A stretch of 64,000 nucleotides of DNA from Patescibacteria group bacterium (lineage in GTDB: Bacteria > Patescibacteriota > WWE3 > UBA101185 > UBA10185): positions 34,984 through 98,983 of the forward strand of contig BPJL01000003.1 in NCBI GenBank assembly GCA_026004595.1, read 5' to 3'. Below the pieces are notes generated by a model, which saw nothing but the letters and a program-made list of their open reading frames with translations, was not told the DNA's origin and ran no database searches. A program made the position numbers and the translations under genes. Below are positions 52,787 to 63,701 of this stretch, piece by piece. Position 1 is the first letter of the stretch, and every line of letters starts with the position of its first letter.

Positions 52787-53902
52787 TTAAACACTGAAAT
52801 GAAACTCTACAACATCGCCGTCTTTCATGGTATAGTTTTTACCTTCAAGACGAACCAGACCTTTTTCCTTGGCCTTTTTTAAGCTTCCTAACGGCCTGAG
52901 ATCCTCGTAATTTATCACTTCGGCAGATATAAATCCGCGTTCAAAGTCTGTGTGAATTTTACCTGCCGCACGGGGTGCTTTATCGCCTTTTGTGAAAGTC
53001 CACGCTCTTACTTCTTTAGGTCCCATAGTGAGAAAGGATTCAAGATCAAGAAGCTCATAGCTCTTTCTTATCAATCGGTTTAGTCCCGGTTCTGAAATTC
53101 CAAGCTCCTTCATGTAAGATGCGCGCTCCGATTCGGAGAAATCTGCCAATTCCGCCTCTATTTTAGCACAAATTACTAAAGCTTCTTTACCTGATATATA
53201 TATATTTTGAGTATTAAGAGTACTCAATTTTGATTCGTCTGTGTTTAACACTACTATCATAGGTTTCATGGTAAGCAAATTAAGGTCTTTAAGAAGTTTT
53301 ATTTCCTCTTTTTCAAGGTTCAAAGAGGATGCAAGATCTCCTCTATCCAAAGTTTCTCTAATTTTTCTTATAACCTCTAGTTTATGTCGCAATTTAGGAT
53401 CTCTGGAAGTTTTTAACTCCTTCTCAAGGGTGGGAACCTTTTTTTCAAGAGATTGAAGATCGGCTAGGATAAGTTCGGTGTTGATGGTTTGAATATCTTC
53501 TTCCGGATTTACCGCCCCCGCTCGTACAACATTTTCGTCAGAAAAGTCGCGGACTACCTGAACTACGGCATCAACTTCTCGGATGTGGCCAAGAAATTCA
53601 TTGCCAAGACCTTCGCCTTTAGAGGCACCTTTAACAAGACCGGCTATATCATAAAACTTTACTACCGCTGCTATTATTTTTTCGGGTATTTCTCGATCTC
53701 CCGATTTGGCTCCGTAATCGTTTCTGACATACTGGGCAAGATCATAAAGACGCGGGTCGGGGACATCCACAATACCAATATTGGGCTCTATTGTAGCGAA
53801 GGGATAGTTAGCCGCAAGGGCGGCCTGGCGCCTGAGTAAAGCATTAAACAGTGTTGATTTGCCAACGTTGGGGAGACCGACAATTCCTATGGATAGAGAC
53901 AC
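52787..53902 (-). CDS. ychF: ribosome-binding ATPase YchF
   Basis: G1 motif [15 protein letters not shown], followed by ...[11 protein letters not shown] and a TGS domain. Confidence 0.85.
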   Translation of the reverse strand: MSLSIGIVGLPNVGKSTLFNALLRRQAALAANYPFATIEPNIGIVDVPDPRLYDLAQYVRNDYGAKSGDREIPEKIIAAVVKFYDIAGLVKGASKGEGLGNEFLGHIREVDAVVQVVRDFSDENVVRAGAVNPEEDIQTINTELILADLQSLEKKVPTLEKELKTSRDPKLRHKLEVIRKIRETLDRGDLASSLNLEKEEIKLLKDLNLLTMKPMIVVLNTDESKLSTLNTQNIYISGKEALVICAKIEAELADFSESERASYMKELGISEPGLNRLIRKSYELLDLESFLTMGPKEVRAWTFTKGDKAPRAAGKIHTDFERGFISAEVINYEDLRPLGSLKKAKEKGLVRLEGKNYTMKDGDVVEFHFSV

Positions 53903-54108
53903 AGATTGATACTCCCTTTTGAACCTAGCAAACCGGTTACTATATCAAATAAGTACAAGCAGGGTAAGAATTTTTTTTCTGGTTTGGCGGTTCCAATGGT
54001 TAATGACATACGGAGTGATTATATAGTCGGGAGAGGTTTTTGGGAATAAAAAAGCCCCCGAATAAATCTTTGAGATTTAAAACGGGGGGATTTACTAACA
54101 AGAGAAGT

Positions 54109-54438
54109 TTAAGCTTTCCTTCTTTTTGGAGAATCAATTTCCAGCAGGTGAGGAATAAGCTCAAAGAGATTTAACTCGGCAATACGCGGATCGGTATTAC
54201 TAAGATCTCGCAATTCCTTAAAGAACCGCTCTTTTGAAAATAAAGGGGGTTCCGGAACTTCGATATCTAGCTGTAAGCAAAAAGATGCTGCCGCTTCGTA
54301 TGACCTGAAAACTGCAATTACAGGCTGCTTGTCGCGCCCTCCCACAACAAGCAAAATAAATCTCTCGTATCCTTCAACAAATCGGACACGAAACAATTTT
54401 ATCTGTACGGGTAAGTAATCCCGCCTTATCACCATCAC
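54109..54438 (-). CDS. hypothetical protein (109 aa)
   Basis: Lies 43 nt downstream of the 196-aa hypothetical gene on the same strand. Confidence 0.35.
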   Translation of the reverse strand: MMVIRRDYLPVQIKLFRVRFVEGYERFILLVVGGRDKQPVIAVFRSYEAAASFCLQLDIEVPEPPLFSKERFFKELRDLSNTDPRIAELNLFELIPHLLEIDSPKRRKA

Positions 54439-54481
54439 TTTCTCCTTTCATCCTATAGAAGTTATGGGATTATACGCCTTT

Positions 54482-55072
54482 TTACTTGTTACGCAACTTT
54501 TTTGCCCTATCAGCAGCTCTATTAAGCATTTCACTCATTCTCTTCGCAATCAAACTTAATCCTTTCACTCCTCCTCTTTGGGCCTGTACGATGGCCCAGT
54601 TAGGAATATTGAGATAAAGAGGTCCTCCGGAGTCCTCCCTATCCAGCTTTTTCTTGATATGCGCCGCGTTTTTTTCTTTAAGTGGATCTGCAGTAGTTAA
54701 ATCAAAATTAATTTTTAAAAAACCATCTTCAGAATGAGCATTATCTTTCAATGCAATGTAAATAACAAAATCTCCTTCTCCCTTCCAATCACTTGTACCG
54801 GGCAAATGCCCGATGTAATAAGTGCCTTTTGGTACACCTTGCGGAGGCGGAACCTCCCCCGGTTCAAGACGTTTCATCTCAAAATAATTGCACAGAACAT
54901 CCATAAGTAAATCCTCACTTCTATGCCCCTCACTTGCTGCCCATCGTCTATAATCTTCCTCTGTAAGTCCAAATTCGTCCCTATCACTCTTCTGTGATCC
55001 CTTTTGTGCTTCTTTTTCGGGAGTCTGTACAGAACCTCCCCCACTCGAATTTTTTTCTGTATCTAAACCCAT
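54482..55072 (-). CDS. hypothetical protein (196 aa)
   Basis: Soluble, with an acidic, low-complexity N-terminus. No recognisable family. Confidence 0.35.
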   Translation of the reverse strand: MGLDTEKNSSGGGSVQTPEKEAQKGSQKSDRDEFGLTEEDYRRWAASEGHRSEDLLMDVLCNYFEMKRLEPGEVPPPQGVPKGTYYIGHLPGTSDWKGEGDFVIYIALKDNAHSEDGFLKINFDLTTADPLKEKNAAHIKKKLDREDSGGPLYLNIPNWAIVQAQRGGVKGLSLIAKRMSEMLNRAADRAKKLRNK

Positions 55073-55167
55073 TTACACCCAGTATACCAAAAAGTCATAT
55101 AAGCTAAATACTTCAATCTAACCAAAACCTTGCAACTCAAACCGCCTCAACTTATCATATATGCAGA

Positions 55168-57109
55168 ATGTTTCCGCCAAAAACTGCCCTGAAAAAAATT
55201 ACTTTTTTCCTTATGCCGGCAATACTTGCCCTCTCTATGGCACAGCCTTCGTTTGCCGAAAAAGACCCTCCCTACACCAGCTTATCCAAAACCCCAGCCC
55301 TTCCCAACGGCAAGAACAATTGGTACGTAACGCCCGTCAATATCGTTCTATCATCTACAGATTTGGGAAGCGGGGTTTCAACTATCAATTACAGAATAGA
55401 CGGCGGAAGCTGGGTTGTGGTACGCAAATCTGATACTTTAAATCTCGCCCCCAACCCTTCTTTTGAAGTACAAGATCCTAGCTCCTCAATAAACACACAA
55501 GCATGGGAGGCGGGGCTTCAAGATATATATACAACCTACAGCCGGGATACAATCTCCCCTCTTTTTGACAGCACTTCTATAAAAATATACGCCAACGCTG
55601 CGGGGGTGGCACTCAATAAACAACGCCGCAAACTATGCAGTAGCCAATCCTCTTAGCAGTATGAGCGCTGAAGTCTGGCTGAAAACAACATCGGCAAGCG
55701 GAAATGCTTATTTCAAAATGTACGCCGTTTCTCAAGATGTAGAGGGCAATTTTATTTACACTCTTCTTGGCCAAAGTTCCAGCATCACGGGATCGACAGA
55801 ATGGGTAAAGTTGAGCTTAAACTATACAGTAAGCATAACCGACGCTATCGGTGTTTACATGGATGTTGGTCTTGATGGTGTAGGAATTCTAAACATAGAT
55901 GGAGTCTCGATAAATAACGCCTTAAAATCTGCAGATACCTCCTTTACGGTGTCTACCGATGGCAATCATACAGTTGATTACTACTCCACAGATCGTTCGG
56001 GCAACGTTGAACCAATTCAGTCCGCCTTTTTCAAAATTGATCAAACACCTCCTGGAAACTGGCGCAACTCAAACGCCTATCGTGGGCTATTTGGCCCAAG
56101 CGACCATCACTTGTATGTAACAACCGTTGTCGATGACCTAACTTCAGGACTCTCAACCCTGACTGACAAGTACCAGTATCATACCGAAAATAATCCGGGC
56201 TACGGAGTCTATTCGGATCTGATGAGGTGCTCAAGCACTTGGCAACCAGGCGGATGGGCTATTTTAATATCACCCCCGTTTCTACCCGGATCAACCACGG
56301 CTATCCTGCTTACACCAAAAACGGATTTTTGCAACAGCAACTGGAGAATATGCAAAACTGTAAGGTTCTACGCCGAAGATATGGCCGGAAATTCCGCCTA
56401 CAAGGACCTTTGTATAAATGGCCCTTGGATAAAAATCAGAGGAGGGGGCATATTTGGAAGTCGTTCGGGAATTAATATGCTGTCAGAATCCAACGAAGCC
56501 AATACTGACAGCGTCATAGAAGCCGGAAATTCGCAGGTTAGTTTCTTCACAAGCACGAGGGGATGGGTAGTAAAAGATAATATCATTGACACCGATTTAT
56601 CCTACAGTGAACTCCGGGGCATGACAAAAGTCCCGACCGAAATTACTTCAACCCTCCCTATGACAGACGGTGTATTCATCAAAAACGGGTCTTTGACCAT
56701 AAACTCAACCTCTACCCCAAGAAATTACGAGACTACAAATCTAAAACAGGTTATTTTTGTCAATGGAAACTTAAGATTTGACAGAGAGCTGCTGCTCTCC
56801 CAAAATGCCGCCGTTCTGTTTGTTGTTTCCGGCGATGTTGAAATAAGGAAAACCGTTTCTGAAATAAACTGCGCCATACACTCAGATGGCACTTTCTACA
56901 CCGCATACGACACATCAGAAGGTGATCAAACAAGTACTCTAAAATTAAATGGTGTTTTTGTGGCAAATAAGTTCATTTTTCAGAGGACTTTGCAGGGAAC
57001 AGACAACATTCAAATTCCTTCAGAAGAATTTACCTACAGCCCCAAATACGGATACCTGTTACGCCAATATATTGGAACTAACGCTGTAAGGTGGCTAAAA
57101 ACAGAGTAA
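55168..57109 (+). CDS. large secreted protein with Ig-like beta-sandwich repeats, one frameshift at about 55650
   Basis: Signal peptide ending ...ALSMAQPSFA|EK. Recurrent TD.GSGV..I.YRIDGG.W and HTVDYYSTDRSGNVE motifs. ORFs 55168..55656 and 55661..57109. Confidence 0.5.
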
Positions 57110-57141
57110 CAGCACACAGGGTTGAACATGGATCTGACTAA

Positions 57142-58530
57142 TCAGATCTTTCTCTTTAGCTTAAATTTCCCGTCCGGCAGATCTTCTATCTCATAACCCA
57201 TATCCATTAATTGCTTTCTGGCTTGATCTGCCTTATCCCAGATTCCGGCCCTTCTATATTCAGCGCGCGTCTTTGCCATATCTATTACTTTTTGGGGCGT
57301 TTCGAGGGCAAGATTCTCTTCCATCCTCAAACCTAAAACTGTATCCATTTTAAGCAAAGTTGCCAATTTTTCGGGTTCGCCCACTTCGGCTTTAATCATC
57401 TCCCATACAACCGCCAGCGCCTCCGGCATATTCAAATCATCGTTAATCTTTTCACCAAATTTTTTGATAAAATCTTTTGACACTTTTGCCGAAGGATCCC
57501 TGCTGTAACTCCTGGCCAGCTCATACAACTTCTTTAAGGCATTTTGAGCACTTTGCAACCCTTCCCAAGTAAAGTTTAACTTACTTCTATAGTGAGAAGT
57601 CATAAAAAAATATCTCAAGGCCATAGGGTCAAAACCTTTCTTTTCTATGTCAGTTAATGTATATGCGTTTCCCAGGCTTTTTCCCATTCTCCCACCATCA
57701 ACCATCATATGTGCTCCATGAACCCAATATCTCACAAACTTTTTTCCGGTGGCGCACTCGCTCTGAGCTATTTCGTTTTGATGGTGTACCATTCTCAAGT
57801 CCTCACCGCCGACATGTATGTCAATTGTATTTCCCAACTCTGTCAATGACATCGCAGAACATTCAAGATGCCACCCAGGGAATCCAGTCCCCCAAGGAGA
57901 TGGCCACTCTTGAGAACGTTTGACACCAATTGGCGAGAATTTCCATAAAGCAAAGTCCGTGGGATTCTTTTTTTCAGGATTTGCTTCCACACGAGCTCCT
58001 TCCATTACATTTTCGACCGTGTAACCTGATAATTGTCCATAACTTTCAAATTTTGACGTATCAAAATACACACCGTCAGTAGTTGTGTATGTGAATCCCT
58101 TTTCTTCTAATATTTTGACCAGCTTAATTTGCTCCTCAATGTATTCCGTTGCTCTAGTAAATTTCTCGGGCTTCAAAAAGTTCATTTTTTCATAATCCTG
58201 CATAAATCTTTTGATGTAATAATTGGCTATTTCTATCGCTGACTTTCCTTCTTTAGCAGATGATTTCTCCATACGGTCTTCCCCTGTGTCAGCGTCACCG
58301 AGATTGTCTCCAGTCAGATGCCCGACATCCGTCAAATTCATAATAAACTTAACTCTATGGTCATTAAACAGTAGCGTTCTATATATTAAATCCGAAAGGG
58401 TATATGTCCTAAAATTTCCTATATGGGCGTGGTCATAAACAGTAGGGCCGCATGCGTACATTGTAACCATCTCAGTGTTTAAAGGACTGAAGTCCTCAAT
58501 TTTTCTTGTAAGGGAGTTATATAGCTTCAT
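57142..58530 (-). CDS. cysS: cysteine--tRNA ligase
   Basis: HIGN (CGPTVYDHAHIGN) and KMSKS-type (RMGKSLGN) motifs. Confidence 0.9.
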   Translation of the reverse strand: MKLYNSLTRKIEDFSPLNTEMVTMYACGPTVYDHAHIGNFRTYTLSDLIYRTLLFNDHRVKFIMNLTDVGHLTGDNLGDADTGEDRMEKSSAKEGKSAIEIANYYIKRFMQDYEKMNFLKPEKFTRATEYIEEQIKLVKILEEKGFTYTTTDGVYFDTSKFESYGQLSGYTVENVMEGARVEANPEKKNPTDFALWKFSPIGVKRSQEWPSPWGTGFPGWHLECSAMSLTELGNTIDIHVGGEDLRMVHHQNEIAQSECATGKKFVRYWVHGAHMMVDGGRMGKSLGNAYTLTDIEKKGFDPMALRYFFMTSHYRSKLNFTWEGLQSAQNALKKLYELARSYSRDPSAKVSKDFIKKFGEKINDDLNMPEALAVVWEMIKAEVGEPEKLATLLKMDTVLGLRMEENLALETPQKVIDMAKTRAEYRRAGIWDKADQARKQLMDMGYEIEDLPDGKFKLKRKI

Positions 58531-58590
58531 TAAGAAGATTTTATCATAACCAAAAAAAACTTAAATGGGGGTGGAAGATGATGAATAGGA

Positions 58591-59238
58591 TTAGTTGATC
58601 TCATGACGACCTTCAAGAGCTCTACCTAAAGTCACATCATCTGCATATTCAACATCCCCTCCAACAGGAAGGCCTCGCGCAATACGGCTTATTTTTACTT
58701 TGGATTTATCTAATCCCCGTTCTCGCAAAGCCCTGGAGATGTAAAGGGCTGTTGACTCTCCCTCCATACTCATATTAGTCGCCAAAATCACTTCAACAGG
58801 TTCATAATCTTCCAGGCTTTCAAAGGTCAATTCCTCTGCAATTTCGGCTACTCTATCTACCAATTCCTTTATGAAAATTTCTTCGGGCCCTACGTTATTG
58901 AGAGGATCTATTATTCCATGCAAAACGTGGTAGACACCTTTGAACCCAGCTCTCTCAATAGCAAAAGCATCTAAAGAGTTGGCTACGACAACTATCATTC
59001 TCTTATTTCTTGCAGGATCGCCACACACAGAACAAATATCATTTTCTGATACATTTTTACATATAGAACAGAGTTTGGAGTTCTTCTTCAGGTTTTCAAG
59101 AGCTCCGGCAAAATCTTCCAACTCCTCTTGAGGAAAATGGAGCAAGTAGAAAGTAAGCCTTTGTGCAGTTTTTGGGCCAATGCCTGGTAGCCGCTCAAAA
59201 GATTCTATTAACTTGCTAATTGATTGGGGTAATTTCAC
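58591..59238 (-). CDS. recR: recombination protein RecR
   Basis: HhH N-terminus (LPGIGPKTAQRL), C4 zinc finger (CSICKNVSENDICSVCGD) and a Toprim domain. Confidence 0.85.
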   Translation of the reverse strand: MKLPQSISKLIESFERLPGIGPKTAQRLTFYLLHFPQEELEDFAGALENLKKNSKLCSICKNVSENDICSVCGDPARNKRMIVVVANSLDAFAIERAGFKGVYHVLHGIIDPLNNVGPEEIFIKELVDRVAEIAEELTFESLEDYEPVEVILATNMSMEGESTALYISRALRERGLDKSKVKISRIARGLPVGGDVEYADDVTLGRALEGRHEIN

Positions 59239-59250
59239 TTGTCTATTCTA

Positions 59251-60876
59251 TCAAATTAAAGGGAGGGTTCCATCAAACGCTTCAATAACGGAGTCCTTAC
59301 TGAATGCGGTATCGGCGGGGGCAATATTTAAGTCGGTTAGGTTTCCGGTTTCCCCGATCTTTAAAGTTTTCGGTCTTTCCTTGCTCAAAACGCATTTTAA
59401 AGACAATTTCGCTTCATATATTTCTGACATCAGTTTTTCAACAAGTTTTCTGTTTTGGGGAGATTCCAATCTCTCCTTGTGAAAGGGATAAAAAACCTCA
59501 AGTATGACAAATTTACCTTCAATTCCTACAGGTTTTCCCGACTTGAGAAGAACTGTTAAGGAATGATTCAGCTCACGGCTTCTTTTTATAAATTCCTTCC
59601 ATTTTCCTTCTAAGGTTTCAAGAGATAACAAAGAGTTCTCTTCATTTACCTCTTTTTTCTCTTCAACTGCTTCGCTAATCTCTTCAGAACTCTCATCTTC
59701 TGGCTCGTCTTGTGACTCCTCATCAACTTCATCTAATGTCGTCTTTTTTCGCTTATTTGAAAATTCTAGAGAAACACTTGGTAAGTTATCAGAAACCAAA
59801 TTATTCTCTTCACTAACCTCCAACGGGTTTCCGATCTTCGCCAAAGCTATTTCTACTGGAAGCTGGGGAATGAATGAGGATCTAATGTTTTTGTGTTCCT
59901 CTAAAATTGCGCTCATTGCGTTAAGTATCCAGTTCACCGATAGTTTTGATGCTTGCTTTATCATCTTGTCCAAAATTTCTGCAGTTGCGCCTGTCACTTC
60001 CTCTTTGACACCCGATTTTATGAAAAGCAGTTCCCGAAGATACCTTAGATACTCACCTACCCAAACATACAAATCCAATCCCTCCTCGTAAATCTTGGAC
60101 ACCATCTTGATCGCCGAACCAACCTCCCCCGACATCAACAAATCTGTCATTTCAACATAAGCCTCCTTTGAGCCCATACCCACCAACGAATCAACACTGA
60201 TTTCTCCGTCGGCCACTTGCTGAAGAAGGGTCTCGGCATCCCTAAAACCGCCTAGAGAGGCCAGAGCAATTTTTTCCAAGTCTTCTTCCGAGATCTTTAT
60301 TTTTTCGCTCTTGACAATTTCTTTGAGTTTCTGCAAAAGCTGGGGCAAAGTCGCTCTTTTGAATCTAAACACCTGGCATCTTGATTTTATTGTGTCAGGC
60401 ACTTTGTGAAGCTCGGTTGTGCAAAGAACAAAAGTTGTTTTTCTTGGCGGTTCTTCCAATGTTTTCAAAAGGGCATTAAAAGCTTCGTTAGTCAACATGT
60501 GAACCTCATCAATTATATATACCTTATTCTTGCCCATAGTCGGGGCAAGCTTTATTTTGTCCTTGAGTTCGCGGATGTCGTCAATTCCCCTGTTGCTGGC
60601 GGCGTCTATCTCAATCATATCTACGAATGAACCTTCCTTTATGGCTACGCACGAGGAACATTTATCACAGGGGTCACCCTTTGAAGTAATATGGGGGCAA
60701 TTTAGAGCCTTGGCTAAAATTCGAGCTAATGTTGTCTTTCCTGTGCCTCTTGGCCCTACAAAAAGATACGCGTGGGACGTCTTTTCATTTAGTATCTGTT
60801 TGGAAAGGGCATCAGCCGCATCATTCGGTCTGCAAACATCGCTGAATTTTTGCGGACGATACTTAGTATAAAACAT
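59251..60876 (-). CDS. dnaX: DNA polymerase III subunit gamma/tau
   Basis: YRPQKFSDV..., Walker A GPRGTGKTT and a zinc module C..C.KCSSC. The ORF opens at 60960; the Met at 60876 (MFYTKYRPQ) is the likely start. Confidence 0.85.
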   Translation of the reverse strand: MFYTKYRPQKFSDVCRPNDAADALSKQILNEKTSHAYLFVGPRGTGKTTLARILAKALNCPHITSKGDPCDKCSSCVAIKEGSFVDMIEIDAASNRGIDDIRELKDKIKLAPTMGKNKVYIIDEVHMLTNEAFNALLKTLEEPPRKTTFVLCTTELHKVPDTIKSRCQVFRFKRATLPQLLQKLKEIVKSEKIKISEEDLEKIALASLGGFRDAETLLQQVADGEISVDSLVGMGSKEAYVEMTDLLMSGEVGSAIKMVSKIYEEGLDLYVWVGEYLRYLRELLFIKSGVKEEVTGATAEILDKMIKQASKLSVNWILNAMSAILEEHKNIRSSFIPQLPVEIALAKIGNPLEVSEENNLVSDNLPSVSLEFSNKRKKTTLDEVDEESQDEPEDESSEEISEAVEEKKEVNEENSLLSLETLEGKWKEFIKRSRELNHSLTVLLKSGKPVGIEGKFVILEVFYPFHKERLESPQNRKLVEKLMSEIYEAKLSLKCVLSKERPKTLKIGETGNLTDLNIAPADTAFSKDSVIEAFDGTLPLI

Positions 60877-61423
60877 AAACAAGTTAACTGTATTACAACT
60901 AGCCAACAGGATACAACCAATCTGTATTGGTACAAGAGGGAGTATGACTGAAAATACCAACCTGCATGAGCGGAAATAGTGAGTTTTTATTATATCTGCG
61001 ATATAAAAATTCTTTTATTGATTTGCGAGTTTTAGCAAATAGAGAAACATGGACAAATTTTTTTGGATGTCCCACACTGTCTCTGGAATGCCGACTCGGA
61101 ATCAAGAAGTTTGGATATTTTTCAAGGCTTTGTATTATTATTCTCTCCAGGAAAGGTTTAAAGCCGATGTACTATGTTAACACCCCCAGCAAAAAGAATC
61201 AGGAAAAATTGATATTACGATCTGGGATGTTGGGCCATATTCTTTATAACACCCAATCTCAACCCCTACATCTCTAGGGGACCTGAAAAATTTAACTACA
61301 CACTTAAAAAAATTAGCCTCTAACGCAATTTTCTTGCTAAAAAATTACCGGAGGAGACAAGTGTAAAGCCAAAATCTATTATGAAATTGGTTATCTCACT
61401 ATGCTCCTCCGGATCGATGCTGT

Positions 61424-61705
61424 TTATTTAGGTACTGCTGGAGCATCACCAGCTAACAATTGGGTGGCCAAATCCAAAACCACCATTGACAGTGAGTTGA
61501 TTTTGTTTTTGTACTGCAACTCATCGGCTCGACATTGCCCGACCAAAGACATGCTATACTGCAACTGAGCCTTTAATGCCTCGTTCGATAACTTCAAATC
61601 GGCAATTTCGGTCTCAAAAGCAGAGACTTTGACGAAACACACAGATGTGAAGACAACTACAATTAACAGAGCGATCAACCCGATACGTACATTTGACAGT
61701 TTCAT
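61424..61705 (-). CDS. small bitopic coiled-coil membrane protein (FtsB/DivIC-like?)
   Basis: One TM helix followed by a coiled coil, 93 aa. Confidence 0.35.
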   Translation of the reverse strand: MKLSNVRIGLIALLIVVVFTSVCFVKVSAFETEIADLKLSNEALKAQLQYSMSLVGQCRADELQYKNKINSLSMVVLDLATQLLAGDAPAVPK

Positions 61706-61908
61706 TGTCTCTCTCCTTTTTTAGGTTTAGGGTATTTATCGTATTATTCTTACACTCCCTCTGCATATATCAAATGTCGATACTCACAGAGGGTGCGCAA
61801 GAAACTTTAGCCATGTAGTCGCTATTAAAATTCCCAATAAACCCACTAGGAGACAAACCGCAATTATCAAGATACAAGTAAAACAACTGTCAAATGCCTA
61901 TGGCTGCT

Positions 61909-61920
61909 CCCCCCCCCCCC
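61909..61920. repeat. C12 homopolymer tract
   Basis: Intergenic. About 200 nt upstream of the start of the small coiled-coil membrane gene (61705, minus strand). Confidence 0.7.
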
Positions 61921-62040
61921 AATTTACGGGCATAATAATTGTATGTCTCTGACCTGTCAATACTATAAGGGTAAAATTAACCCAAATGATGGTGCTGCGA
62001 TATTGCCTTGAGACATACCTCGATGGCTTTAGTTGAGTGG

Positions 62041-62547
62041 TCATAAGCCTTCAGAAAGAAGGGTGCCTACTTTTTTAATCTTCTCCAACTCTTCGGAGCT
62101 AAAATCCTTAAGTACAAAGTTTTCCACGGCTATTTCAGACTCAGCGGGAGGTCTTCCTATACCAATCCTGACACGCTCAAAATCTTTAGTACCCAGCTTC
62201 TCCATAATATCCATAACTCCTTTGTGCCCGGCGTGTCCTGCGCCAAACTGCCTTTTCATCTGCCCGAAAGCCAAATCTACATCATCATGAATTACTAAAA
62301 TATCCTCCGCATTAACACCAAAAAACTCTTTCGCGGCGGCAACCGCCTCTCCCGAATTGTTCATAAAAACCTGCGGCTTAAGAAAAAGTACATCTCCGTT
62401 CTTGCATATTTCCGACTTCAGTTTTCGTGATTTTTCCCAGGAAAGACCTTTGGCGTTCACAATTTCATCTACAACAATAAAGCCAGTATTATGACGGCAT
62501 TTCGCATATTTTTCTCCGGGATTTCCGAGCCCGACCACTATCTTCAT
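62041..62547 (-). CDS. pth: peptidyl-tRNA hydrolase
   Basis: MKIVVGLGNPGEKYAKCRHNTGF. Confidence 0.85.
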   Translation of the reverse strand: MKIVVGLGNPGEKYAKCRHNTGFIVVDEIVNAKGLSWEKSRKLKSEICKNGDVLFLKPQVFMNNSGEAVAAAKEFFGVNAEDILVIHDDVDLAFGQMKRQFGAGHAGHKGVMDIMEKLGTKDFERVRIGIGRPPAESEIAVENFVLKDFSSEELEKIKKVGTLLSEGL

Positions 62548-62879
62548 CGTCCGCTTCCCTCCCCCACCTCACCATCTCCCTCATGATGAACTCCAAGCAA
62601 ATGCAATACACCGTGAGCTGCAAGATCCGCTATTTCATGCTCGAGATCATTTCCGTATTTTTGAGCCTGCCTCTTAGCCTGGTCTCTATTTACCACCACA
62701 TCACCCAAATAATAAGTGCCGTCTTCACTTTTATCATTGATTGGAAAGGACAACACATCTGTGGGGTAGTCTCGCCCCAAATGCTTTTTGTTAAGCTTAC
62801 GCATTTCTTTATCGCCAACAATTGAAAAGGAAATATAGATATTCTCTTTCTTAAGAGTGTCAAGTATTCTCTTGCTCAT
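62544..62879 (-). CDS. ybeY: rRNA maturation RNase YbeY
   Basis: HGVLHLLGVHHE metal-binding motif and ...PTDVLSFP. Confidence 0.75.
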   Translation of the reverse strand: MSKRILDTLKKENIYISFSIVGDKEMRKLNKKHLGRDYPTDVLSFPINDKSEDGTYYLGDVVVNRDQAKRQAQKYGNDLEHEIADLAAHGVLHLLGVHHEGDGEVGEGSGR

Positions 62880-63208
62880 TTATTTCTCGGCGTAAATTGA
62901 CCCTGCGGCTCCAGCTCAAAAGGGAACATTTTAGCAAGCTCCTCATATACAGCCAATTCTCTCTTTTCTTTCTCTACAAGATCGGTTCTGCCTCCTTTTT
63001 CAAAAAGCTCGGCCGCCTCCTTCCTATTTTTTATCTGCTTTCTAATAACTTTGAAAACATCCTCATCAGTTAATTCTTTTTGCTGGCCGCGAAGCTCTAT
63101 TTCCTTGTTTTGAACCTGAGAAATCAAATACCTCACCACTCCGAGCTTAAATGTATCGCCAGACTTTTGAAGGTCAAAAACCATTTTTCTTATCTCGTCA
63201 AATATCAT
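62876..63208 (-). CDS. GatB/YqeY-domain protein
   Basis: YqeY-like helical protein. Its ends overlap rpsU and ybeY by 4 nt each. Confidence 0.7.
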   Translation of the reverse strand: MIFDEIRKMVFDLQKSGDTFKLGVVRYLISQVQNKEIELRGQQKELTDEDVFKVIRKQIKNRKEAAELFEKGGRTDLVEKEKRELAVYEELAKMFPFELEPQGQFTPRNK

Positions 63209-63396
63209 CCTCTTAGCCTTTCAAACTTAAACTTTCGTTCCAGTTCCTTAAACTTTTGCCTTTTTAACTCACTTGGTTTTCTATAGTGAGCCCTATCTTT
63301 TATTTCATCTAAAATACCGGATCTTTGGACCTCCCTATTGAACCTTCTTAAAGCTTGTTCCAAAGATTCGCCATTTCTAATCTTTATTTTTGTCAT
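63205..63396 (-). CDS. rpsU: 30S ribosomal protein S21
   Basis: MTKIKIRNGESLEQALRRFNREVQRSGIL... Confidence 0.85.
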   Translation of the reverse strand: MTKIKIRNGESLEQALRRFNREVQRSGILDEIKDRAHYRKPSELKRQKFKELERKFKFERLRG

Positions 63397-63701
63397 ATAA
63401 ATAAGCAGGTCTTATGAATTAGTGCTAACATTTTATACCTGCTAAACAATAAACACCTCCAAACCCTTTTACTTAAAATAAAATATGTCTTTCAAAGTTA
63501 TTCACATTTTTGGCAATCTCTACTCCTGTTTGTTACTTATAGAGTGCGCTACACACATGGAGCCATCAGATTCTACCAAAAACATCTTATGGATTCTAGT
63601 ATATTCTGAGAGTCAAGTTTTTCCTATTCAAATGATAGTCAGCAAGCTTGAAACTATAAGGTAAAAAGAAATTGCTCAATCTCTTGTCATTACAAACCAA
63701 A

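Noticed and set aside
60880-61420. SRP RNA (ffs) or another ncRNA upstream of dnaX; ORF 60966..61277(+)
   Set aside because: No 4.5S domain-IV motif was recognisable on either strand. The 103-aa ORF has no SD and its translation looks random. Left unannotated pending a covariance-model scan.
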